A stretch of DNA of 32,166 nt from Octopus bimaculoides (GCF_001194135.2 NC_068983.1:32944207-32976372); one strand, 5' to 3'. Shown: positions 1-11,874, counted from the first letter of the stretch. Notes: generated by a model not told the origin, from the sequence alone. Numbers and translations: made by a program.

Positions 1-573
1 TTTAAAAAGCCACATCAGACGCCATGAAAGGGCTAAGGTGTAGGTGAAGGGTTGTAATTTTTTTCTAAGAGGAGAGAGATTGAAGAATTACTGCTTGCGC
101 TTAACACCGTGCTCTCTTTTCTTTTACTACAACGATGAGCAAGCGCCCCAAAATTTGGGTCGTTCATTTTCACGCCAATAAAATTATTCGATCGTTTCCA
201 GGGAATTCTATGGAGCCACGCCTTCCATAACCATTTTCTACAGATCGAGAATTTACACCGGAATATAATTGGTTTACCTTCTTTTACATTTCTCTTTATT
301 TATATAACACGGCCTGGTATAATTACTATTATATAAATTTAATAAAATTAGTTGTTGTTTGTTAAAACAGATATGTTCATGTCTCCATACGTCAACATTG
401 ATTAAATCAAAGTAGCAGAACTACTTTTTCGTTTCTTTCTTCCTCTTAAAAACGTTATTTCTCTCTCTCATATTCCCATTCTCCTACAATATTTCCTTTT
501 CACTCATAGAAGTATGTGTGTTTGTATGATTACACACATACACACACACACAGACAGTCGGAGATGCACACGA

Positions 574-623
<50 letters not shown>

Positions 624-738
624 GGTGGCGTATAACATCGACTTCGACTGAAGAACATCAAGTTATTCGATCAACTGAACTCGAAGTATGTTACAGATAC
701 ATGTAACATTAACACAATATTAAGTTAGAATCAAAGAT

Positions 739-945
739 GGCGAGCTAGTGCAGTCGCTAACACGCCGGGCCAAATGCTTAGCGACATTTCGTCCGTCTTT
801 TCGTTCTGGGTTAAAATGCCGATGGGGTCGACTTTACCTTGCATCATTTGGGGACAATAAACCAGTTGAGCATTGAAGTCGGTTTAATCGACTTACACCT
901 TCCTCCGAAATTTCTGGCCTTGTGCCAAAATTTGAAACCAATATT
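739..945 (+). mobile_element. tRNA-derived SINE, family A
   Basis: Head ggcgagct..ctaacacgccgg..aaatgcttagc, body gtcgacttt and atcgactt, tail ctggccttgtgccaaaatttgaaacc; similar to other copies in the window. Confidence 0.8.
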
Positions 946-1367
946 TAATTGCAATAAACTTGATACATGAATGAGAAGGATAAACACTTAAATTATGGGT
1001 ACAGGCCATTCGACTGCCTTCTACATAGTTCTCTGTCTATCCAAATTCATTTTGGTACACGTAAGCTGTTTTCAAATCCCATACCTTTCCACAAAAATAA
1101 CTGGGTGGGTTTCCTGTTTCTAATGGCTTTACCATTAAACAAGCCTGTTGAAGAATATCAATGAAAACGTCCTGCATACCCACGTTGAGTGTCTGAGTAA
1201 AACACCCGTTTCATCACTGTTGATCGGGTTCAATATTTAACCTGAGATGATCGCCTGGAATCATCCCTTTCCACAAAAATATAGGATTTTCCTCTAATAG
1301 TGGCTATCTTAAACTAGGTAAAGTTTTAGACACGATTGAAAAGACTGAAGTCAGGAATTTTCTTCGC

Positions 1368-1567
1368 TGGCGTTATGGCCTCAGATAAAATGTTTTGCGA
1401 TATTTAGTGAGGGATTGTTTTTTACATTCTGAGTTCAAATCACATCGATATCGCTTTTGCCTTCCTTCCTACTGGGGTCGAATAATACCAGTCAAATACT
1501 GGGTTAATATAATTTAACTAGCCTCAACCCCAATTTCCTTAGCATTTCAAATTTGTAAGAAATTATT
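1368..1567 (+). mobile_element. Degenerate SINE, family A
   Basis: acattctgagttcaaatc..tttgccttccttcctactggggtcga..taccagt..tactggg matches the family A body. Confidence 0.65.
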
Positions 1568-1634
1568 ATGAAAAACTATTTGCATTGGTTTCATCAACAA
1601 ATAGTGTTGATTCGTGACATTTTTCTCTCTACAG

Positions 1635-1724
1635 GCGGTAATGGTGGCAGCCCTTTAGGAAGCAACGGACAGGATGGTTCTTCCTATATTAACCGCGCAT
1701 CTACAGTATACGTTTTTGAACCAA
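1635..1724 (+). CDS. Alk: ALK-like exon, end of Gly-rich extracellular region (about human exon 17)
   Basis: Acceptor ttttctctctacag at 1634, donor CCAA|gtaagt at 1725; 90 nt, phase 1-1. NGQDGSSYI resembles human ALK DGEDGVSFI (recalled). Confidence 0.85.
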
Positions 1725-2788
1725 GTAAGTATCTAAGAATGTTATGTTATTCTAGTCAAATATAATCATTTACTTTTCCACTGAAGTAATTTTAGTCATA
1801 TCCAAGATTTATATACAAGATATATATTATTTACATTCAAGATTTTTATGTATCGAATCCGCTTGTGTCGCGATGTCACACCAGAAATGTCTAATCGCTA
1901 TCAATTCACATTTCCTTTAATCTAAAATATCGTAAGCTAGGTAGAGATGGTCGAGTAGATTGAAAAATCTAGTTCGTAGTTTTTAAGCAATTCATCCTTG
2001 AAAATATGCCGGTCTCCTTCAACAGTCGAAAAGATACAGAAAAGGACGGAATTTAATCTCTATTAGTCACCGCATTCAGGCGGTCGATTGACAAAATTAT
2101 TACTGCGTCGATATTTGACAATTAAAATTTGATATTTCAAATCTCGGAACTTGAAAGCATTAAGGAGTTTATTTATAAGGCGAAGAATGCTGCTCACAAA
2201 ATTTTGAATTATTTGTGTACCATCGACCTATGCATACTGTCACCAATCCTGCTAAATATAAAATTACAAAGGCAATGATTTTTGTGTGCATCATTGCTTT
2301 CGATCTTTGTTATAATCAGCACTTCTGGAGTGATTTCATAACGATTGTCTATTCACTTTCTTTCAAGCAAGATTTAATGCTCCTTCTGTTAAAATCACTA
2401 TACCAGTTTCCTGTTTTTCTTCTAATTTCACGATTCACACTGCATGCAAGCACCAACTTTCTTTGCAAATACTATTTTCCCATTCCATTTGTTTCATTAC
2501 CACGATACAGCATTCTCATGTCAGCTTTATTTTAAAAAAATTTTTCCAGGTTTCTGTCCTTACTGAGATATATATCCAGTGTATGGAAAACTCATCAATA
2601 AACCTCATTCCCTAAAATGCTAACTTCTCTAATCCTGCCAATTTTTGCCTTATTGTTTGCACCGTAGAAATAATTGTAAATAACAAATTCCTTTCTTCTT
2701 TCCAACTTTTTTTAAAGAAAATCGCCTCCTAGCTAGATTGCTTTTCTATAGTTTCAATTCTGTTTCCTTTCCCCATCTCTTGGGACAG

Positions 2789-2790
<2 letters not shown>

Positions 2791-2844
<54 letters not shown>
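2791..2844 (+). repeat. (GT)27 microsatellite
   Basis: Perfect dinucleotide run ending 70 nt before the exon start at 2915. Confidence 0.95.
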
Positions 2845-2849
<5 letters not shown>

Positions 2850-2914
2850 TGTATGCGTGTGCGTGACTACATGTGCATACGTATATTAAAAGTGTCATTT
2901 TCGTCTGGTTCTAG

Positions 2915-3067
2915 ACTTGCACAGCGGAGATGGTGAAGTGGAAATTTACGAATATTTTCCTTGCGCTTGTGAGGAATACTGCATCGTCGAAGACAGTGTG
3001 AATCGCACCTATACCTGCAAGTGTCAGAATGGTAAAACTTTGATGCCTGATGAACATACCTGTTCAG
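2915..3067 (+). CDS. Alk: ALK-like exon, EGF-like domain (about human exon 18)
   Basis: Acceptor ggttctag at 2914, donor TCAG|gtaaga at 3068; 153 nt, phase 1-1. GDGEVEI followed by six Cys spaced C-x-C-x3-C-x11-C-x-C-x12-C; one NRT sequon. Confidence 0.92.
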
Positions 3068-3409
3068 GTAAGAGCTATGCAATACCTTACATTTTGGATT
3101 TCTTGTGAGAAAGTACGAAGAATATTTGTGGCGAAGAAATTGTAGAAACAATTAGGTGACGAAATAAATGCCTGTCATACATTTTCAGCTGAAATTCCAT
3201 CTTGTTTGACTGCCTTTTATTCCCCTGGGGCCGATAAATTACTTGTAATCTTTCACGTCATTCGATGAAATAAATACCAGTTATGCACTGCCTTGCAGTA
3301 TTTCGATTCGTTTCTCTATATTTCAATTACAAATCTCACAGGCATTTTAACATTGTTTTCCTGATAGAAGAATCAATAAACTAAGACTCATGTATAAAAA
3401 GACTAGAAA

Positions 3410-3600
3410 TGGTGAACTGGCCGAATCTTTAGCACCTCGGACAAAATGACCAGAGGCTTTTCTTTCGGTTTTTATGGGTTAAAGGTTCAAATCCCCTCAC
3501 AGTCAACCTTGCCTTTCATCCCTTCGAGGCCGATAAAAAAAAGTACCAGTTAAAATCTTGGCTCAATGTGATCGACTTGTCCCTTCCCCTCAACATTGCT
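3410..3600 (+). mobile_element. Degenerate SINE, family A
   Basis: ggtgaactggccgaatctttagcac..ggttcaaatccc..ttgcctttcatcccttcgaggccgataaa..gtaccagtt..atcgactt. Confidence 0.7.
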
Positions 3601-4461
3601 GTCACCCTGTAACAAACCAGCGTTCCGTTCATGAGGAATGTTGTGATCTCGGTCACTAAAACTCTGTGAAAACCGGATAACCGACCTTATGAATTCTAGG
3701 GATCAAGAAAATAATATGTAAATAAAAGGGCTGGACATTTACGTTATCACTCGACAAATTGCTGAAAATCCAGTCTACCCATTGTATATTTATAAATATT
3801 ACAAGAGTTTAGAACACTTCAGTAGTTTCCTTTTAGACAAGGTAGACTAGTACGAATGTTCGAATCAGCTTCTTATCATTTCGTGCTCTAGTGTGAGAAA
3901 AACTGGATAGAATGGCATATAAACATATGATGTTAATGGACAGCTCGGCAATTGCAAAACAGGAATCTTAGCGATTTAGATATTGTCACGTATTTTATTG
4001 ATCAAGGTTATAGTGATAATTGCACATATTTTATCGATCAAAGAGAGACGTGAAACTAAATTGATTCCGATGTGACTTAAACCAGAATACTATGGACTTG
4101 CCCTATTTAACCGACAAATACCATTGCAAGCGCTCTTACTTTGGCGCTAATTCAACGTTTTAGTTGTTGAAACAAACTTAAAGGATATCAAAGGACATCA
4201 TAATAGTTAAAAAAGCTCCATTAACTTTGTAAAGTATCTGACGATAAATTGACTTCGAGGAAATGCTGCTTTTGATAAATCATATCGAAATTTTCAATGA
4301 GTAGGCAACTGAATTTTACTCACAGCGAAATTATGACTAATAGCTTTCCCTAGTTCAATTATTTGAGATTAGTATAATTACGCTTCATTATCATTTTTTT
4401 GCCTCAAATTTTCTTCTCGATATTTTTGCTTTCAAAAATAAATTGTCAGGAAATATGTCTT

Positions 4462-4644
4462 TTATCAGTCATTGGACTGCGTTCATGCTGGGGCACCGCC
4501 ATGAAGTGTTGGTCGAATAAATCTACCTGAGTTATCTATAAGTTTGGTACTTATTCTATCGGTTTTTCATAGCCGGAGACGTAAAAAGACCAACATGGGT
4601 TGTCAAACTGCGGTTGGAGACAAACACCAACAACCCCACATACA

Positions 4645-4733
<89 letters not shown>

Positions 4734-4748
4734 GTGTGCATATGTATG

Positions 4749-4781
<33 letters not shown>

Positions 4782-4936
4782 ATATACTTCAAGTTTCCGT
4801 CTACCAGTCTAGAAAATCTACTCAAGATTTTGGTCGGTCCGGAATTATAGTGGAAGGCAATTTCCCACGATACCGCGCTGTGGGATTAAACCCCAAACCA
4901 CATGGTTGAGAAACAAAATTCTTACCACATAACCAC
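4462..4936 (-). mobile_element. tRNA-derived SINE, family B, with internal (TA)n/(GT)n tract
   Basis: The minus strand starts with a tRNA-like head (gtggttatgtggtaag..catgtggtttggggtttaatccc; degenerate A and B boxes). The microsatellite at about 4640-4790 has unique-looking sequence on both sides. Family recognised from memory of octopus repeats. Confidence 0.7.
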
Positions 4937-5207
4937 AACTGTGAAATGTATAATTAAAAAGGTCGACATAGAGTTAATGAAAGGATATTTACTTTAAAAT
5001 GAAAAGGAACAACTTCTCATGATCCCTTACTTTGCATGTAACATAATTTGTTTCTTTGAAAGTGTTACCACCTACTTGTTTGAATCTACGCAGGAAAATA
5101 CGTCTTTCATCGATTGGCGAAATTATATTCTCGATATGTGTTCGATGTTCATATATATATACGTATATATATATATATATATATTTATATAATATTCATT
5201 TCTATTC

Positions 5208-5366
5208 TAGGCACAAGGCCCGAAATTTTGGGCGGGGGGGTGCTTAACTATCGACCCCGAAAGGAAAAGTCGACCTCGGCGGAATTTGAACTCAGAACGT
5301 AAAGATCGACGAAATACTACTAAGCATTTCGCCCGGCGTGCTAACGTTTCTGCCAGCTCGCCGCCT
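5208..5366 (-). mobile_element. SINE family A copy with internal deletions
   Basis: taggcacaaggcccgaaattttggg..cctcggcggaatttgaactcagaacg..gcatttcgcccggcgtgctaacgtttctgccagctcgccgcctta is the reverse complement of the family A head and body. Confidence 0.85.
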
Positions 5367-5986
5367 TATAATATTTCTTATAATAATATTCATTATATTT
5401 AACGTAGCCAAAGTAGGTTCTACATAGGAACGATGTGAATTAATCTGTTTGAACCGTCAGCGATGTCAAGTTAATATATTAAAATCTCTCCAACTAGTAA
5501 AAGGTTGAACGTAGGACAAAGACGTGTGTAGCTGCTCTTGACATTGGGTCTACCAGCTACAACATGAATGTTTCATTTGGAAAAAAGACTGGATGTTAGT
5601 GTTAATTTTCTACAGCACTATTTTAAACAAGCACAAAACGCCCACGCATCAGCATACATACACATGCACACACATCAGCATACACACATACGCACGAACA
5701 CACACACACACACACACACACTCACACACACATACACACATAGATACACACACACATACACACACACATTCCATTGCAATTCTGATGGAACGTTAATACA
5801 AATCGATAAAAGCAATAAGAAAGATATTCAAATGTTACCTTAAAACTATTAATTATCCCTGGTATTTGTGGAAAAATGAAAAATACACCATTTCAAGAAA
5901 AGTAAGACAAGACAAAACCACATCAGTTTGATTGACATGTCGGATATGTTTTTTTGCACGTTTATGCAGTGTATATATATATATAT

Positions 5987-6556
5987 NNNNNNNNNNNNNN
6001 NNNNNNNNNNNNNNNNNNNNNNNNNNNNNNNNNNNNNNNNNNNNNNNNNNNNNNNNNNNNNNNNNNNNNNNNNNNNNNNNNNNNNNNNNNNNNNNNNNNN
6101 NNNNNNNNNNNNNNNNNNNNNNNNNNNNNNNNNNNNNNNNNNNNNNNNNNNNNNNNNNNNNNNNNNNNNNNNNNNNNNNNNNNNNNNNNNNNNNNNNNNN
6201 NNNNNNNNNNNNNNNNNNNNNNNNNNNNNNNNNNNNNNNNNNNNNNNNNNNNNNNNNNNNNNNNNNNNNNNNNNNNNNNNNNNNNNNNNNNNNNNNNNNN
6301 NNNNNNNNNNNNNNNNNNNNNNNNNNNNNNNNNNNNNNNNNNNNNNNNNNNNNNNNNNNNNNNNNNNNNNNNNNNNNNNNNNNNNNNNNNNNNNNNNNNN
6401 NNNNNNNNNNNNNNNNNNNNNNNNNNNNNNNNNNNNNNNNNNNNNNNNNNNNNNNNNNNNNNNNNNNNNNNNNNNNNNNNNNNNNNNNNNNNNNNNNNNN
6501 NNNNNNNNNNNNNNNNNNNNNNNNNNNNNNNNNNNNNNNNNNNNNNNNNNNNNNNN
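5987..6556. other. Assembly gap; other gaps at 10878-11039, 14369-14968, 20649-20687 and 27184-27193
   Basis: N runs, each abutting a (TA)n tract on at least one side. Confidence 0.98.
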
Positions 6557-7255
6557 TATATATATGTATATATATATATATATGTATGTATGTATATACA
6601 TACACATATACAGATAATTATATTGACCATGTGTATATCTGTATATTCCTAATTTAAGAAAATAAGTTGCGACGTAAGTGAAATTTACCGGCTATTCAAG
6701 GAGTTGGGCTACAACCAAGATCCCGTCTATCATTGGTTCGAAGTAAACTTAGTTGTCATTGTTTGGCCCCAAATCATCTTTTATCGAATATCAGTTATGA
6801 TGAAAGTTATTCCAATTGCAACCATCATCGTCCCTTCCTTTTGTAGATATGTGACTTCATTGTCGAATATATCATTTAAGATGCTTGCGTACGATTGACT
6901 CGAGGGGTGGGGAATTTGGCTATTATTTCTCAAAATACGAGCAACAATATAAAACTTTCCTTGTTGAACACCCTGGCCGGATGTTACACTTTGACATTGC
7001 TTTATATAGGGGAAAATACTCTTAGACAGCGATACAGCAGATAAAAATAACACACTATTGCCCCATAGACTTTCCATTTAATTACTTCGGTGACTGGTTG
7101 TTATAAGACAGTGTAAGGTACAGGTTACATAGGGCGTGTGATAGGAGGTAAAACTAACGGCTGGAAGTGTTTCGGTGAAATATACGGATATGCTTCGATA
7201 AATTCCACCATAACATAAATTAAACTTACATATATGTATTATATTTTCTTTTCAG

Positions 7256-7360
7256 CGGCAGTTTCCCTAACACCACAAAAAGAAAACGAGAGTAATAAAC
7301 AATTAATCCTGGTACTTGGAAGCCTGGCTTCTGTCATCGTTATCATTATTTCATGTTGCG
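7256..7360 (+). CDS. Alk: ALK-like exon, stalk and most of the transmembrane helix (about human exon 19)
   Basis: Acceptor attttcttttcag at 7255, donor TGCG|gtaagt at 7361; 105 nt, phase 1-1; hydrophobic run LILVLGSLASVIVIIISCC. Confidence 0.9.
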
Positions 7361-7467
7361 GTAAGTCAATTCTAGGAATATGGTTAAGCCTTTCTTTTCT
7401 TCTTTCGAGTGGTTTTATAAACTAAAGAATGTGTATATGTATAAATGTATGTATGTAACGTGAATGT

Positions 7468-7469
<2 letters not shown>

Positions 7470-7518
<49 letters not shown>

Positions 7519-7570
7519 TATATTTCTTTCTCTGTCAATATCCCTATCTATTTATCTGTCTATCTATCTA

Positions 7571-7643
<73 letters not shown>

Positions 7644-7650
7644 TTATCTA
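7470..7650 (+). repeat. Compound (GT)n/(CT)n/(ATCT)n microsatellite
   Basis: Read directly from the sequence. Confidence 0.95.
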
Positions 7651-8546
7651 GCGTTAAGTGATTAATTAGTGAGTGGGAAAGTAAACAATGAGAGATCACT
7701 AGATCGTATGCTATTATGTATTAAGTTCAGTGTCTGAAATTTCTCCTTTCAAATCATTACAAGTTTGCTTTTCATCTTTCCTTTGTGTTGACATTCTGTC
7801 TACTGCTCAAATACTTTGGAATAGTTTCGCCGACGTTTCATCTTCTTTTTAAATTAGATGGATATTAATGTATTTTTCCATTTAATGGTTTCTTATTGGC
7901 TTAGTACAAATGCACTTTATATGCAGGAGGTTCGAGTTTCAGGTACCCAAAACCAGATTTGAAACAACATTGCGTTCTCGGATTCCATGAACCTAACACT
8001 CACTCACAGACCTTTTCCCTGTGCTGTTGGCTAATACTGATTTCTAGCAATGTCAAATGATAAACAGTTTTGGAGATATAAAATAATGATTGAAGTCATT
8101 CTTAATATGTGATTACTTTTAGATTAATCGGTACGAAGATTTGGTTAATTCTTATTTCTCGATCCTGGATTAGTCGAAATGTGTAATCCAGCGGTTGAAT
8201 TATTTGTAAGAAACAAATTAAATATAGATGGCAGATCAGTATCTATTACATGATTTTCAGTTACAGCAATTGGCTACCTTCTTTAACAATCCCTCTAATG
8301 TGAAATCTAATTTTTATAATGCCGAAAGTAAGTAAACTTAGCACCAGTTAAATACTGAGATCAGAACAAGTCGCAAAATTCAATCAACTAAAATATATTT
8401 TACCACTGGCCCAGAAAATATGGCATCAGTTCTTCGAACTCCAAACTACTGACGCAAACTCACAAAGCTACTATAGAAAAGAGTAAAAGAGTGCATCTCT
8501 CATCCTATGATATTAATACCAATCTTATAATAATTCTGCTTGTTTC

Positions 8547-8732
8547 TCCGTTACTTAGCCCGTCCATAACGCTGTCACGTAATTAGTTGAAGGGGAGGGA
8601 GAAAAGGGAGAGGGACAAGGGGAGAAGGGGGAGATAGTAGGTGGTGCTGAGTGAAATGTGTAATTTTTAAAATTAAAGTTTTTTCTTCCGTTACTTAGCC
8701 CGTCTGTAACGCTTTCATGAAATTAGTTGAAG
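8547..8732 (+). repeat. 46-bp direct repeat pair with 140-bp period, each followed by a purine tract
   Basis: 8547-8592 versus 8687-8732: 41/46 identical (tccgttacttagcccgtc..taacgct..aattagttgaag). Confidence 0.8.
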
Positions 8733-9310
8733 AGAAAGGCGAAGAGTGAGAGAAAAAGAGGGAGAAAGAAAAAGAAGAGAGAAAAAGAGGGAGAAAGTAA
8801 AAGAAGAGAGAAAAAGGGGGTAAGGCGAGGAGTGAGAGAGAAAGAGGGAGAGTGCTGTGTATTAAGTCTATAAAACTGTGCATAGACATATAAAGTGTAT
8901 ATATAAAATGCATTAGCTAATCATCGTATTCCAATTTCCTTCACTTGTCAAGGAGTACAGGCTACGCTTTCAGATTTTTTGGATAAAGTTTTCAGAAATG
9001 ACCCAATAAGTTTACCATTTAATTCTGTGAAATATTCACAGGTCCCGCTAGTATTAAATAATGCCCAGTATATAATGTATGTATGTATTTTGTTGTTTTA
9101 GAAAATTTAATAAGGAAGTATTAAACTAAAAATCTTAAGTTAAATATTAGATATAAAGTATTCTGGTGGCAGGATTTGAATCTCTGTAGTTTCGCCTATT
9201 ACTTAATACATTATCATAACTTTCTTTTATTGATATATAGATAGAAAATCTTGAGGTAGCAGAAAATGGTAACAGAAAACGTTGGCAATTTTACGTGCAG
9301 GCACACACAC

Positions 9311-9361
<51 letters not shown>

Positions 9362-9362
<1 letters not shown>

Positions 9363-9596
9363 TTAATTCTTTATTGCCCTTAAGGGGCTAAAAATAGAGG
9401 GGACAAACAAGGACAGACAAAGTGACTAAGTTGATTACATCGACCCCAGTGCGTAACTGGTACTTATTTAATCGACCCCGAAAGGATGAAAGGCAAAGTT
9501 AACCTCGGCGGAATTTGAACTCAGAACGTAGCGGCAGACGAAATATCGTTAAGGATTTCGCCGGCGTGCTAACGATTCTACCAGTTCGCCGCCTTA
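9362..9596 (-). mobile_element. Near full-length SINE family A copy with a different 3' tail
   Basis: Same head and body as 5208-5366 (cctcggcggaatttgaactcagaacg; cgccgcctta); the tail region reads ctttattgcccttaaggggctaaaaatagaggggacaaac on +. Confidence 0.85.
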
Positions 9597-9628
9597 TACA
9601 TACATACATACATATATATATACATGCA

Positions 9629-9659
<31 letters not shown>

Positions 9660-10168
9660 TTATATATATATGTATATATATATATATATATACATAGTGT
9701 GTGTGTGTCACTGCGCGTGAGTATGTATAAACGTGTGTGTTTACATATACTTAAATGGGCCATCGCATGTTTCAACGTAAGATTTTGTATGTCCTAAACT
9801 TTATTAAGATATAAGGCAGCATCATGGGGAATAATCGCTTCGGAATTGCATTTACAATTAAGAATTCTACAAGTATATGATTTTAGGTTTCTCGTTTTGA
9901 ATCTCACTCAAGTCCTCAGCAACGTTACCTTCTTTTCCTATTATGCAATACTCTCGACCATTCTTCTCGCCAGTTTCACACTGACCACATACCTCAATTT
10001 CTTCCTACCGGCGCATGTGGCGATGGATAAGCCTGTACATCTGGTTCTCCTAACTATACGTAGCTGCTTAGTTCTTTAAATACACTGGACTCTCAATGCA
10101 CATATTTATACAGGCGCACATAATCTATTCACACACATAATTTGCACGCTTGATATTTAACTTCTTTG

Positions 10169-10260
10169 ACATCACGTAAAAACATTTGAACATCACGTAA
10201 TATTTTAACATCATTTTAACATCACGTAAAAACATAAAGTACCATTTTAACATCACGTAA
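10169..10260 (+). repeat. Four copies of ACATCACGTAA in an irregular tandem array
   Basis: Copies start at 10169, 10190, 10219 and 10250. Confidence 0.85.
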
Positions 10261-10584
10261 AATCACGAAGTACATCCCCAGGCGCATGTACTTAGTTTAA
10301 GCACAGTTACTTCCCCTGTTGCTTCTGTACGTATGAATCGTCATTTCTTCTCTCTCACTATCAGACATTTGACCCCCATCATAATTACCGTTACATGACA
10401 CACACATACACATAATTATTAATTCTGCTTTTCTTTCTTCCTTCTGCCATTATTCTTTTCCTGTTTACTCCGTAGGGAAAATTTTAAGCTCGATGCCTCA
10501 AAGTGACTTCTTCTTTCTTAATTATCATAGCAAACCGAACCAATTACTACACTTAGTTTCCTATATTGTTATTCTCGTCAATAA

Positions 10585-10640
<56 letters not shown>

Positions 10641-11514
10641 GCACGCACGCATATACACACACACTTGTGATTATATATGTGTATTATATATACGTACATG
10701 TAATTTGCAGTTCTGTCTAGGTCTACGTTTATACCACTTGACACCCAGTAGGATTGGTTAATGATCCAACTATTCGACTTATAGAGAAAAATAAAATAAT
10801 TTTTATTCAGACACAATATATCTAGAATCATATTAGCTATATGCCATTCCATATATATATATATATATATATATATANNNNNNNNNNNNNNNNNNNNNNN
10901 NNNNNNNNNNNNNNNNNNNNNNNNNNNNNNNNNNNNNNNNNNNNNNNNNNNNNNNNNNNNNNNNNNNNNNNNNNNNNNNNNNNNNNNNNNNNNNNNNNNN
11001 NNNNNNNNNNNNNNNNNNNNNNNNNNNNNNNNNNNNNNNAGAGAGAGAGAGAGAAAGATAAAGAAAGGGAAAGAGATAATGAGAGGGAGAGAAATGCGTA
11101 TGTGCGTTTGCGTTCTGTGTTTGTGTACTTAATGTACATTAAATATTAAATATATGAACTTCGAAATAACTACATTTAACACAACGGATAAATAAACAAT
11201 AGGCTTGGTGTCACTTCATACAATGGCGTGCTATTATGTTTCATTTATCTTGACAATTGAACCGATTACACAAGTTCATTTGACAAGAAAATGCAATCTA
11301 ACATAAACAGAAACTCCAAAAGCTGGGTATATACATACCCACATTATTTTTATGCTTTTATAATGATAATTTGCTTTAATTTTATCACTGATTGTAAAAC
11401 ACCCTTTTTCTGATACGCAGTTTTATATAGTTAGCGTATAGAGTTTTGATTATATTTCATCCAAATAATTATTTCCCTTATCAAATATTTAGAAAGAAAA
11501 TTAGAAAGAACCTC

Positions 11515-11553
11515 TACCTACCTACCTACCTACCTACCTACCTACCTACCTAC

Positions 11554-11590
<37 letters not shown>
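11515..11590 (+). repeat. (CCTA)n grading into (TCTA)n
   Basis: Read directly from the sequence. Confidence 0.95.
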
Positions 11591-11874
11591 CGTCTGTTTA
11601 TGTAATACAATGCAGACATACATATATACAACTATGAACATATGCACATACATTTTTTATATGTATATGTGTGTGTGTGTGTGTGTGTGTTATATGCCTA
11701 TACACACATACAAACACACACAATGCAAGAAAGAGGAAGAGAGAGAGAGAGAAACAGAGAGAGGTGAGAGAGACAAAGAGAAGGCCTTCACGACAATACG
11801 AAGACGAGCTGTCCATAGCAAAAACCGATAGTCTGATCGATACAGGTGGTACAAGTTATATATATATATATATA

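Noticed and set aside
1085-1283. 16-bp repeat cctttccacaaaaata at about 1085 and 1267
   Set aside because: Short and AT-rich, with no associated termini or TSD logic; cannot be interpreted.
2921-2924. Alternative acceptor cacag for the EGF-like exon
   Set aside because: It removes 10 nt and shifts the frame; the AG at 2913-2914 keeps it.
5849-6657. 200-250 aa ORFs here and at 10837-11149 and 14258-14985
   Set aside because: They are open only because they run through N gaps.
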